Source of the DNA: Rhodocyclaceae bacterium
GTDB lineage: Bacteria > Pseudomonadota > Gammaproteobacteria > Burkholderiales > Rhodocyclaceae
Direction: 5' to 3'
Length of the DNA: 64,000 bases
NCBI GenBank assembly: GCA_023230455.1
Contig: JALNXH010000019.1
Location: forward strand, 58-64,057
Shown: positions 12,341 through 20,899 of the stretch, one piece after another
Layout: every line of letters starts with the position of its first letter
Position numbering within the stretch: position 1 is the stretch's first letter
Made by a program: the position numbers and the translations under genes
Notes under the pieces: model-generated
What the model was told of the DNA's origin: nothing
Database searches by the model: none
Seen by the model: only the letters and a program-made list of their open reading frames with translations

Positions 12341-12356
12341 TGCCTGCAAAGACAAG
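12341..12356 (-). promoter_or_regulatory. Sigma-54 promoter for fliE
   Basis: The minus strand reads caGGCACGCGCTTTGCt, matching TGGCACG-N4-TTGCW with correct GG/GC spacing. It lies about 47-60 nt upstream of the fliE ATG, just past the fleR-like stop. Confidence 0.6.
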
Positions 12357-12362
12357 GACGGA

Positions 12363-13718
12363 TCATTCTCTCTCCAGCATCCCTTCGGCACGGTACTGGG
12401 CCAGTTTGTAGCGCAGGGTACGCTCTGAGATGCCGAGCAATTCGACCGCCTTGCGCCGTGACCCGCCGACCTTGGCCAGGGTGTCCAGAATATGCTGGCG
12501 TTCGAGATCCCTCATGTTCGCCGAAGCCGCAGCAACGGCTTCTTCGCGGGATCCTGCCGTCTCGACGGATACGGCCTGCAACGGCATTGCGTTCGGTGAC
12601 AGGCCATTCGCTGCGGAGAGCAACAAGTGGCCGACATCGACCACCTCGTCCGACGCGAGGATCAGCGCCCTTTGCATCGCATTTTCCAGCTCGCGGACAT
12701 TTCCCGGCCACTCATGGGCGGCAATCATTGCCGCCGCCGCCGAGCTCAATTGCACACGTCTGCCGCCCCCATGGGTGGCGAGGAAGTGCCGCGCCAGCGG
12801 CAGGATGTCGTTGCGCCGCTGGCGCAGGGCGGGAATCTGTAGCGGAAACACATTCAGCCGGTAATACAAATCCTCGCGAAAGCGGCCGCGCTTCACTTCG
12901 TCGCCCATCTCGCGGTTTGAAGTGGCCAGAACACGGATATCCAGTGCCGTCGGCTTTTTCCCGCCGACCCGCTCCACCTCGCGCTCCTGAAGCACCCGCA
13001 GCAGCTTGGCCTGGAGTCCAAGCGGCATTTCCGAGATTTCATCCAGCAGCAGGGTGCCGCCATTGGCCTGCTCGAACTTTCCGGCCTGGGCGGTCTGGGC
13101 GCCGGTGAACGCCCCTTTCTCATAACCGAACAACGTCGCCTCCAGCAGATTGTCGGGAATCGCCGCACAGTTAATGGCGACGAAAGGTCCGCGCGAGCGC
13201 GCCGACTGGTCGTGGATGTAGCGCGCAAACACTTCCTTGCCGACCCCCGACTCGCCGGTTAACAGAACGGTCGCATCGGTTCGTGCAACGCGTGCCGCGA
13301 GCAGCAGCAATTGCTGGGTGGCCGCATCCTCCACCACCAGCCCCTCGGCGACCGGCGCGGTAGCGTAGCGGTCGATCTGCGTCAGCAGATCGCGCGGCTC
13401 GAACGGTTTGAGCATGAAGTCGCAGGCGCCGCCGCGCATCGCCGCGACCGCCTTATCGACATCGCCAAAGGCGGTCATCAACAGTACCGGCAGGGCTGGC
13501 CGGCGGCTGCGGATTTCGGCCAGCAGCGCCAGGCCGTCCATCGGCGCCATACGCAGGTCCGACACCACCATATTGAAATCCTGCTGCGCGATCAGATCCA
13601 GCGCATCGGGACCGCCACTCGCTCCCACAACGCGATGACCGGCCGTCTCCAGCGTGATCAGCAACGCATCGCGCAGCGCTTCGTCATCTTCGACGACCAG
13701 GATATCGAGTTTTTTCAT
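12363..13718 (-). CDS. fleR: Sigma-54-dependent response regulator (FleR/FlrC-like)
   Basis: REC domain (ILVVEDDEALRD...VVSDLRMAPMDG), AAA+ sigma-54 activator core (GESGVGKE, GAFTGA, ...LLDEISEMP), C-terminal HTH. Sits between fleS-like and fliE. Confidence 0.85.
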   Translation of the reverse strand: MKKLDILVVEDDEALRDALLITLETAGHRVVGASGGPDALDLIAQQDFNMVVSDLRMAPMDGLALLAEIRSRRPALPVLLMTAFGDVDKAVAAMRGGACDFMLKPFEPRDLLTQIDRYATAPVAEGLVVEDAATQQLLLLAARVARTDATVLLTGESGVGKEVFARYIHDQSARSRGPFVAINCAAIPDNLLEATLFGYEKGAFTGAQTAQAGKFEQANGGTLLLDEISEMPLGLQAKLLRVLQEREVERVGGKKPTALDIRVLATSNREMGDEVKRGRFREDLYYRLNVFPLQIPALRQRRNDILPLARHFLATHGGGRRVQLSSAAAAMIAAHEWPGNVRELENAMQRALILASDEVVDVGHLLLSAANGLSPNAMPLQAVSVETAGSREEAVAAASANMRDLERQHILDTLAKVGGSRRKAVELLGISERTLRYKLAQYRAEGMLERE

Positions 13719-14839
13719 GCTGCCTGATTCTCGCTAAGGGCCCCACGGGCAATGCTGAAGACGAATTCCGTACATCCGGGGCGCGACGTCACTTCGATGC
13801 CGCCGCCATGCGCGCGAGCAACGCCCCGCGCAATCGCCAGCCCGAGACCGGTGCCTTCCGCACGGGTGGTGAAGAACGGTTCGAACAAACGCGCCACCAC
13901 AGCCGGATCCATGCCCGTGCCATTGTCGCGGACGATGAACTGCAAATGTTCCTTGGCAAGGCGGACTTCGATCTCCACCCGGCCGCCGGCCGCCGCACAC
14001 AGCGCATTCTCCGCCAGATTGACCAGCGCCCCGGCCAGTTCCTTGCGATTGCCGACCAAAACCGCTGCATCCGTTAGATCCGCAACCGCAAATTCGGCGC
14101 CGCGCACGCGCGCCAACGGCTCGATCGTCTGCCCCACTTCCTGCAACAGATCGCCCACCGCCATCGACTCGCGGCCCAGCGCCTCGCCGCGGGCGAACAG
14201 CAGCATATCCTGAATCAGTCGCTCCAGCGCCTTCAGGCGTTCGACGGTTTTGTGCGCAATCGAACTTCTCGCCGCCGAGGGCAAGTCCGGGTTTTCCAGA
14301 TTGCCTGCATACAACAGAGCGGCCGTCAGCGGGGTGCGCAGCTGGTGCGCCACCTGGGCTGCCATCTCGCCCATCGCGGCCAGGCGTTCATGGCGCTCAG
14401 CCTGACGCTTGAGGCGGTGGGTCTCGGTAATATCGTGCAGCAGGACGATCCGCCCGCCGGCGGAATCCAGCGCACTGACGGTCAGGGAAAGACGCCGCTC
14501 GCGACCCACGCCGAAAAGAAATTCACCCGGGAGGTCGCTCGGTGCCAGCCGCGCCGCTTCTAAGACCGACCATTCGGCACCCGGCGCCGCGCTACCGAGC
14601 AGGCTTTCCGCCGCTGGATTCATCTGCACGATACGACCCTGGGCGTCGAGCATCACCACGCCGGCCGGAAGTGCTTCCTGTAGCAACGCCATGCGTTCGG
14701 TCAACGCCGAGACCTGTTCCTGGAGTTGCGTATAGGCGAGAGACAACTCTCCCGAAACCTGATTGAACAGGCGAAAAGCATCGGCGAGGCGTGCGGCCTC
14801 ATCGGCTGAAACGGCGGAACTGGCAACGGCGTCATTCAT
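13715..14839 (-). CDS. fleS: PAS sensor histidine kinase (FleS/FlrB-like)
   Basis: No TM segment. PAS (VVMLDAQGRIVQMNPAAESLL), H-box (AAQVAHQLRTPL), N/G boxes (NLAENA..., DNGTGM, GTGLGLAI). ATG at 14839 preferred over the track start at 14929, because that leaves room for the divergent promoters. Confidence 0.8.
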   Translation of the reverse strand: MNDAVASSAVSADEAARLADAFRLFNQVSGELSLAYTQLQEQVSALTERMALLQEALPAGVVMLDAQGRIVQMNPAAESLLGSAAPGAEWSVLEAARLAPSDLPGEFLFGVGRERRLSLTVSALDSAGGRIVLLHDITETHRLKRQAERHERLAAMGEMAAQVAHQLRTPLTAALLYAGNLENPDLPSAARSSIAHKTVERLKALERLIQDMLLFARGEALGRESMAVGDLLQEVGQTIEPLARVRGAEFAVADLTDAAVLVGNRKELAGALVNLAENALCAAAGGRVEIEVRLAKEHLQFIVRDNGTGMDPAVVARLFEPFFTTRAEGTGLGLAIARGVARAHGGGIEVTSRPGCTEFVFSIARGALSENQAA

Positions 14840-14920
14840 TGCTGCCGATGATGGCAGATTCACCCGGCAGGAACAACCGGAGGGGGTGCCGAAATGGCGG
14901 CAAATTTTGCCGTTTATCGC

Positions 14921-14936
14921 TGGAACCACGCTTGCT
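14921..14936 (+). promoter_or_regulatory. Sigma-54 promoter candidate for fliFGHI
   Basis: TGGAACCACGCTTGCT, one mismatch to TGGCAC-N5-TTGC, correct spacing, 66 nt upstream of the fliF ATG. Confidence 0.55.
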
Positions 14937-14960
14937 TGCGCAGCTCACAATCGCCACGGG

Positions 14961-14975
14961 GCAAAATACAACCCC
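14961..14975 (-). promoter_or_regulatory. Weak sigma-54 promoter candidate for fleS/fleR
   Basis: The minus strand reads cgGGGTTGTATTTTGCc. The GG-N10-GC core and TTGC are present but the -24 flank is poor. About 130 nt upstream of the fleS ATG. Confidence 0.3.
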
Positions 14976-15001
14976 GACATCGGACAAACTAGATCAATCG
15001 C

Positions 15002-16630
15002 ATGGCAAAAGCCGGTCAGGCCACCACAACCTTCCCTCTCTCGCTGAGCGCTTTCATGCGCTTGCCGATGCGCTTCAAACTAGCTGCAATGGTTGGTGTC
15101 GCTGTCGCCATCGCCGTTATCGTCGGAGTGTCCCTGTGGGCGCGCCAACCGGATTACGCAGTGCTGTTTTCCAATCTTTCTGACCGCGACGGCGGCGAGA
15201 TCGTTGCGACGCTACAGCAGCAGAACGTGCCCTACCAGTACTCGGAGGGCGGCGGCGCCATCCTGGTGCCCTCGAACATGGTGCACGACATCCGCCTGCG
15301 GCTGGCATCGCAAGGACTGCCCAAGGGCGGGCTGGTCGGCTTCGAGGTCATGGAGAACCAGAAACTCGGCGCCAGCCAGTTCCTCGAACAGATCAACTAC
15401 CAGCGCGCGCTGGAGGGTGAACTTGCGCGCACCATCTCGACGATTTCGGCAGTCAAAGGCGCTCGGGTGCATCTGGCCATTCCGAAACAGACCGCCTTCC
15501 TGCGCGACGAACAAAAACCGACCGCCTCGGTGCTGGTCAATCTACAGCCCGGACGCACGCTGGACGGCGCGCAGATCGCCGGCATCGTGCATCTGATCTC
15601 CTCTAGCGTCCCAGAGCTGGCTCCCGCCAGCGTCAGCGTGGTGGATCAAGAGGGCAGCCTGATTTCGCAGCAAAACGACGCCCTGCGCCAAACCGGCCTC
15701 GATCCAGCTCAGCTCAAGTACGTGCGCGACATCGAGAGCGGCTACATCAAGCGGATCGAAGCCATCGTCGTCCCGATCGTCGGCGCCGGCAACGTCAAGG
15801 CGCAGATCACTGCCGACGTGGATTTTTCCCAGACCGAACAAGTCGCAGAAACCTACCGCCCCAATCCCAGCCCCGAAACGGCCGTGCGCAGCCAGCAAGT
15901 CAGCGAATCCGGTGCCGGCGGCCCGAACGCCGTCGGCGTTCCCGGCGCACTCACCAACCAGCCGCCTGCGCCAGCGACAGCGCAAATCACCACTCCGCCG
16001 GCACCGGGGACCCCTGGAGGAGCGGGCACCGGCAATGCCCAATCGGCACAGAACTACTCGCGCAACTCCACCGTCAATTACGAAGTGGATAAAACCGTCA
16101 GCCACACCAGGATGGCGCCCGGCGTCGTCCGCCGGCTGTCGATCGCCCTGCTGGTCAACCAGAAACAGGAACCCGGCAAGCCCAAGGCCGTTCCGCTCAG
16201 CGACGCCGAAATCAAACAAATCACCGCTCTCGCCAAGGAAGCCGTAGGCTTCAACCAGCAGCGCGGCGATACGCTGAACGTCACCAACGCCGCTTTCAAT
16301 CCGGGCGACAAGGATGTCCTGCCGCAAACGCCGATATGGAAAGATCCGTTCCTGCTTGCTACGTTGAAAGATATCGGTCGCTACATTGCCGCCATCGTTG
16401 TAGCCTGGCTGGTATGGACGCGACTGTTGCGCCCGCTGTTCCGCCGTCTGGCCGAAATCCGACCGCCGTCGCCTGCCGAAGAGGAAGTGTTCGAGGAATC
16501 GGAGGGCAGCCGCCATGCGGCGCGCAATTTCGAGGCCAAAATCGGCTATGCGCGCGATGTAGCCAAGCAGGATCCGAAGATTGTGGCCGGTTTGATCAAG
16601 GAGTGGGTAGGTGGCAACGAGTCCCGATGA
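15002..16630 (+). CDS. fliF: Flagellar M-ring protein FliF
   Basis: 542 aa; N-terminal TM, ...LFSNLSDRDGGEIVATLQQQNVPYQY..., C-terminal TM and a FliG-binding tail. Confidence 0.95.
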   Translation: MAKAGQATTTFPLSLSAFMRLPMRFKLAAMVGVAVAIAVIVGVSLWARQPDYAVLFSNLSDRDGGEIVATLQQQNVPYQYSEGGGAILVPSNMVHDIRLRLASQGLPKGGLVGFEVMENQKLGASQFLEQINYQRALEGELARTISTISAVKGARVHLAIPKQTAFLRDEQKPTASVLVNLQPGRTLDGAQIAGIVHLISSSVPELAPASVSVVDQEGSLISQQNDALRQTGLDPAQLKYVRDIESGYIKRIEAIVVPIVGAGNVKAQITADVDFSQTEQVAETYRPNPSPETAVRSQQVSESGAGGPNAVGVPGALTNQPPAPATAQITTPPAPGTPGGAGTGNAQSAQNYSRNSTVNYEVDKTVSHTRMAPGVVRRLSIALLVNQKQEPGKPKAVPLSDAEIKQITALAKEAVGFNQQRGDTLNVTNAAFNPGDKDVLPQTPIWKDPFLLATLKDIGRYIAAIVVAWLVWTRLLRPLFRRLAEIRPPSPAEEEVFEESEGSRHAARNFEAKIGYARDVAKQDPKIVAGLIKEWVGGNESR

Positions 16631-17618
16631 CGGCGTAGAGAAGAGTGCGATTCTTCTTCTATCCATCGGGGAAGACGAAGCCGCTGCGATCCTGAAAAAC
16701 CTTTCACCCAAGGAAGTGCAGAAAATCGGCCACGCCATGGCGGCGCTCAAGCAGGTGCCGCGCGAACGCATTGAAAAGGTGTTGGACGAGTTCCATTCCC
16801 ACACAGAAAAAGGCACGCCGGTCTCGGTGGACGAGTCGACCATCCGCTCGATGCTGACCAAGGCGCTGGGCGACGACCGGGCGGCCAACTTGATTTCGCG
16901 CATCCTCCAGGGCGGCGATACGGCGGGCATCGAAAGCCTGAAGTGGATGGACGCACCGACGGTGGCCGACCTGATCCGCAACGAGCACCCGCAGATCATC
17001 GCCACCATTCTGGTTCACCTCGACTACGACCACGCCGGCGAGATCCTCAAGCATTTCACCGAACGCCTGCGCAACGACGTATTGCTGCGCATCGCCACCC
17101 TCGAAGGTGTCCAGCCGGCTGCACTGCACGAACTGAACGACGCGCTGTCGCGCTTGCTTGCCGGGGCGACCTCGAACATCAAGAAATCGGCAATGGGCGG
17201 CATCCGCCATGCGGCGGAAATCCTCAACTTCGTCGGCCAGCAGGCGGAAACGGCGATTGTGGACAATGTCCGCGAGTACGATCCGGAACTGGCACAAAAG
17301 ATCCTCGACGAAATGTTCGTCTTCGAAAACCTGATGGACGTCGACGACCGAGGCATCCAGCTGCTGTTGCGCGAGATTCAGTCCGATTCGCTGATCGTCG
17401 CCCTCAAGGGCGCCTCGCCGGAGTTGCGCGAGAAGATATTCAAGAACATGTCGCAGCGGGCGGCTGAAATGCTGCGCGAAGATCTCGAGTCGAAAGGACC
17501 GGTACGCCTCTCCGAAGTCGAAGGCGAACAAAAGGAAATTCTCAAGATCGCCCGCCGCCTTGCCGACGAAGGCCAGATCGTACTGGGTGGCGGCGGTGCC
17601 GAGGATCAATTCGTATGA
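16611..17618 (+). CDS. fliG: Flagellar motor switch protein FliG
   Basis: 335 aa; EKSAILLLSIGEDEAAAILKNLSPKEVQKIG..., ...MFVFENL..., C-terminal torque-helix region. GTG start overlaps the fliF end. Confidence 0.95.
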   Translation: MATSPDDGVEKSAILLLSIGEDEAAAILKNLSPKEVQKIGHAMAALKQVPRERIEKVLDEFHSHTEKGTPVSVDESTIRSMLTKALGDDRAANLISRILQGGDTAGIESLKWMDAPTVADLIRNEHPQIIATILVHLDYDHAGEILKHFTERLRNDVLLRIATLEGVQPAALHELNDALSRLLAGATSNIKKSAMGGIRHAAEILNFVGQQAETAIVDNVREYDPELAQKILDEMFVFENLMDVDDRGIQLLLREIQSDSLIVALKGASPELREKIFKNMSQRAAEMLREDLESKGPVRLSEVEGEQKEILKIARRLADEGQIVLGGGGAEDQFV

Positions 17619-17649
17619 GCGCCAGCGTCACACATAAGGAAAGCGGGCC

Positions 17650-18330
17650 ATGAAGTCCGGCGGCAAATCGATGACCGCCTGGGAGCGCTGGGAACTGGCC
17701 AGCTTCGAGGAGGAACGGAAACGGCCACACCCGCTGACCGCGGCCCCGACCGTCGCCGCTGCAACGGCCGAAAAAACACCGCAGACGACCACGGCCGAAG
17801 AAATCGAACAACTGCGCCAGCAGGCCTACCAGACCGGGCACAGCGAAGGCTTTGCCGCTGGCAAGGCACAAGGACTTGCGGCCGGTCAGGCAGAAGGCGC
17901 CGCGATGGGGAAAGCCGCGGCTGCCCAATTGCTGCACGTGGCGGGCAAACTCGATCAGGCGCTGACCGACCTCGACCCGCAGGTGGCCGACGAACTTTCC
18001 GCACTGGCCATGGCGATCGCACGGGAAGTGATGCGACAGAGCATCGCGGTCAAACCCGAAATCGTGGTTGGCGTCGTCCGTGACGCGCTGGCGCAGTTGC
18101 CGCACCTGCACGCCTCGATCTTCCTCCACCCTGACGACGCATCCCTGGTACGCAGCTATGCCGGAGAATCGCTCGCGCACGCCGGACACCGCATCCACGA
18201 GAACGGACGGCTACAGCGCGGCGATGTGGTGATCGAATCCGGCGGCGCCCACATCGATGCCACCCTGGCAACCCGCTGGAAGCGGGTGATCGAAACCCTC
18301 GGCCGCGAAGCACCGTGGTTCGAGGAGTAA
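17650..18330 (+). CDS. fliH: Flagellar assembly protein FliH
   Basis: 226 aa; Ala/Gln-rich coiled-coil N-half and a FliH-like C-terminal domain. Lies between fliG and fliI. Confidence 0.85.
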   Translation: MKSGGKSMTAWERWELASFEEERKRPHPLTAAPTVAAATAEKTPQTTTAEEIEQLRQQAYQTGHSEGFAAGKAQGLAAGQAEGAAMGKAAAAQLLHVAGKLDQALTDLDPQVADELSALAMAIAREVMRQSIAVKPEIVVGVVRDALAQLPHLHASIFLHPDDASLVRSYAGESLAHAGHRIHENGRLQRGDVVIESGGAHIDATLATRWKRVIETLGREAPWFEE

Positions 18331-18376
18331 ACGACATCCCCGCCGCCGGAATCCGGTCGACCAAACTGGTGTTGCG

Positions 18377-19765
18377 ATGAACCCGCAAGCCTTGCGCGCC
18401 TACCTCGCCGAATGCCGCGCTCATCTGGCCGAAGCACATCCGTTCCAGATAGCGGGACGCCTGACGCGGATCAACGGCCTGGTGATGGAAGCCTCGGGGC
18501 TGCGCTTGCCGATCGGCTCCGCCTGCATGATCCAGGCACCCGGTCTCGGCGGCGTTGAAGCCGAAGTGGTGGGATTCAACGGCGAACGGCTGTTCATGAT
18601 GCCGACCGAAGACGTTTACGGCCTCGCCCCCGGTGCACTGGTCACCCCGCTCGAAGCACTGGTGCCGCGACCGCAGATCGGCCTGGAAACACCGCCGCAG
18701 CGCCGCGTACAGGACCGCGCCAAACACTTGCCGGTCGGCAATGCCCTGCTCGGACGCGTCGTCGATGGCAACGGCCGCCCGCTCGACAGTCTCGGGCCGA
18801 TCGACGCGCAGGATGTACGTTCGCTGGCCAGCCGGCCGATGAATCCGTTGCAGCGTGAACCGATTCGGCACAGCATGGACGTCGGCATCCGCGCCATCAA
18901 CGCCTTGCTCACCGTGGGGCGAGGACAGCGGCTGGGCCTGTTCGCCGGCTCGGGGGTCGGCAAAAGCGTTCTGCTCGGCATGATGGCGCGCTACACCGCC
19001 GCCGACGTGATCGTCGTCGGGCTGATCGGCGAGCGCGGCCGCGAAGTAAAGGAGTTCATCGAACTCAACCTCGGCGCCGCAGGCCGCGCTCGCTCGGTGG
19101 TGGTTGCCGCACCGGCCGACGTCAGCCCGTTGATGCGGCTACAGGGCGCCTCCTATGCGACCGCCATCGCCGAACATTTCCGCGATCAGGGCCAGCATGT
19201 TTTGCTGATCATGGATTCGCTGACCCGCTATGCGATGGCCCAGCGCGAAATCGCCTTGGCGATCGGCGAACCGCCGGTCACCCGCGGCTATCCGCCATCG
19301 GTCTTCGCCCGCCTGCCGCAACTGGTCGAACGCGCCGGCAACGGCCCCGAGGGTGGCGGCTCGATCACAGCGTTCTATACCGTACTTACCGAAGGCGATG
19401 ACCAGCAGGATCCGATCGCCGATGCAGCACGCGCCATCCTCGACGGCCACATCGTACTCAATCGCACTCTCGCCGATGCCGGACACTATCCGGCCATCGA
19501 CATCGAACAATCCATCTCGCGTGCGCAGACGCAACTGATCGATGCCGACCATCTCGCCCAGGTGCGACTGTTCAAGCAACTCTACTCGCGTTATCAACGC
19601 GCCCGCGACCTGCTGACGGTCGGCGCCTACGCGGTCGGTTCCGACCCGCTTCTGGACCGGGCCATCGCGCTCTACCCAAAGTTCGAGGATTTTCTCCAGC
19701 AGGGTATCGACGACTGCGCCAACTACTCCGGCAGTCTCGCCACACTGGGGTCGGTCTTCAACTAG
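18377..19765 (+). CDS. fliI: Flagellum-specific ATPase FliI
   Basis: 462 aa; Walker A GSGVGKS, Walker [11 protein letters not shown]1-ATPase-like core. Confidence 0.95.
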   Translation: MNPQALRAYLAECRAHLAEAHPFQIAGRLTRINGLVMEASGLRLPIGSACMIQAPGLGGVEAEVVGFNGERLFMMPTEDVYGLAPGALVTPLEALVPRPQIGLETPPQRRVQDRAKHLPVGNALLGRVVDGNGRPLDSLGPIDAQDVRSLASRPMNPLQREPIRHSMDVGIRAINALLTVGRGQRLGLFAGSGVGKSVLLGMMARYTAADVIVVGLIGERGREVKEFIELNLGAAGRARSVVVAAPADVSPLMRLQGASYATAIAEHFRDQGQHVLLIMDSLTRYAMAQREIALAIGEPPVTRGYPPSVFARLPQLVERAGNGPEGGGSITAFYTVLTEGDDQQDPIADAARAILDGHIVLNRTLADAGHYPAIDIEQSISRAQTQLIDADHLAQVRLFKQLYSRYQRARDLLTVGAYAVGSDPLLDRAIALYPKFEDFLQQGIDDCANYSGSLATLGSVFN

Positions 19766-19857
19766 GTCGAAAAATATCGCAACAAACAGAACACTCGGCA
19801 ACGCGCATTATTTGTCTGCCGGTTTTCCAATTGCGGTTGCAGCTTCCGCCTTGACGT

Positions 19858-20709
19858 ATGATTTCGGCCATGGAACGACGTGAGATTTTTAAATCCATCG
19901 GCGCCGACGTGGCGACGGGGAAGTTGATTTTCCCGACCAGTGCCCAAGTGGCGATACGGGTCCGGCAGGCTCTCGACGATCCCGACTGTCACATCGACAA
20001 CGCTGCGCGCCTGGTCCAGGCCGACCCTCTGCTTTCAGCGCGGGTGGTGGCGATTGCCAACTCGGTGGTATTCAACCGATCCGGTCGCGAAGTCACCGAC
20101 GTCCGCGCCGCCGTCGCCCGCCTCGGATTTCGTACGGTCAGGGCGCTGGCCGTGGCCGTCGTCACTCGACAACTGGCCGGAGCGCACGGCGTCCAGGCTT
20201 ATCAGGAAATTGCGGCAAAACTCTGGGAACACACGGCGCACGTCGCGGCACTGGCCCATGTGATAGCGCGCCGGGTGACGCATCAGGATCCGGAGACGGC
20301 GATGTTCGCCGGAATCGTTCATGAGGTTGGCGGGTTTTATCTGCTTTCGCGGGCCAAAGATTTTCCCGGCCTGCTGGACGATGACCATGCGGAATGGATC
20401 GAAAGCGGCGAGGCCGAAGTTGGCCGCGCCGTACTCAAGGTGCTTTCGGTACCGGAACCGGTGGCGCATGCCATCGAGGCTTTCTGGGACGGATTTCTGT
20501 CGCTGCCGCCGACGACCCTGGCCGACACCCTGCTGCTGGCGGAGGAACTGGCTCCGGTTCCGTCGCCGCTGCATCCGGCAGGCGGCGACCAACCCGGCGA
20601 AGGCATGCAGACACGGCTCGACATGGTCATTGCCGAAGACACGCTGACCAGCATACTCGAGGAGTCCGCCGAGGAAGTCGCCTCGCTGACTGCCGCACTC
20701 AGGTTCTAG
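19858..20709 (+). CDS. HDOD domain protein
   Basis: 283 aa; ...ARLVQADPLLSARVVAIANSVVFNRSGREVTDVRAAVARLGFRTVRALAVAV... and HTAHVAALA..., GIVHEVG fit the HDOD (HD-related output) pattern. Confidence 0.8.
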   Translation: MISAMERREIFKSIGADVATGKLIFPTSAQVAIRVRQALDDPDCHIDNAARLVQADPLLSARVVAIANSVVFNRSGREVTDVRAAVARLGFRTVRALAVAVVTRQLAGAHGVQAYQEIAAKLWEHTAHVAALAHVIARRVTHQDPETAMFAGIVHEVGGFYLLSRAKDFPGLLDDDHAEWIESGEAEVGRAVLKVLSVPEPVAHAIEAFWDGFLSLPPTTLADTLLLAEELAPVPSPLHPAGGDQPGEGMQTRLDMVIAEDTLTSILEESAEEVASLTAALRF

Positions 20710-20754
20710 GAAGCCCCATACCGGAAAGACGCACTCCGCGCAGTTGGCGTGCGC

Positions 20755-20832
20755 TCAGAGTGAGCGGCCAAGAATTTCCTTCATGATTTCCGAGGTGCCG
20801 CCGTAGATGCGCATGACCCGGGCGTCGCGCCG
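20755..20832 (-). pseudogene. Orphan C-terminal remnant of an acyl-CoA dehydrogenase
   Basis: The minus-strand frame reads (R)RDARVMRIYGGTSEIMKEILGRSL*, the canonical ACAD C-terminus (RDAR..IYEGT.EI......R.L). The frame is closed by a stop only 8 codons upstream, inside the palindrome, so no gene body remains. Confidence 0.55.
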
Positions 20833-20869
20833 TAGGCGAGGCGATCGCTGCGCCTACGGCGCGACGCCC
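20820..20869. repeat. Perfect 19-bp-arm palindrome at the truncation point of the ACAD remnant
   Basis: Left arm gggcgtcgcgccgtaggcg (20820-20838), spacer ag-gcgatcgc-tg (itself palindromic), right arm cgcctacggcgcgacgccc (20851-20869). Confidence 0.85.
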
Positions 20870-20899
20870 TTGCCGGATACGTTCATCGGATGCTCCGTC

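Noticed and set aside
12146-13108. 320-aa plus-strand ORF. The same applies to the long ORFs 28011-29345(+), 29532-31193(+), 32007-33218(-), 33052-34278(+), 38381-39454(+), 40250-41530(-), 45752-47143(-), 48296-49612(+), 50660-51976(+), 53441-54748(+), 55404-56456(-), 58271-59380(-), 59377-60675(-), 15542-17008(-), 7954-8973(-), 6266-7207(-) and 23128-24267(+)
   Set aside because: Each lies antisense to or out of frame with a gene that has clear family motifs. All translate to Arg/Gly/Ala/Pro/His-rich sequences with no recognisable domain, as expected for third-position GC bias.
14895-14910. TGGCGGCAAATTTTGC as a second sigma-54 promoter upstream of fliF
   Set aside because: The GG-to-GC spacing is one nucleotide too long (13 instead of 12) and the -24 flank is poor. 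The site at 14921-14936 is better.
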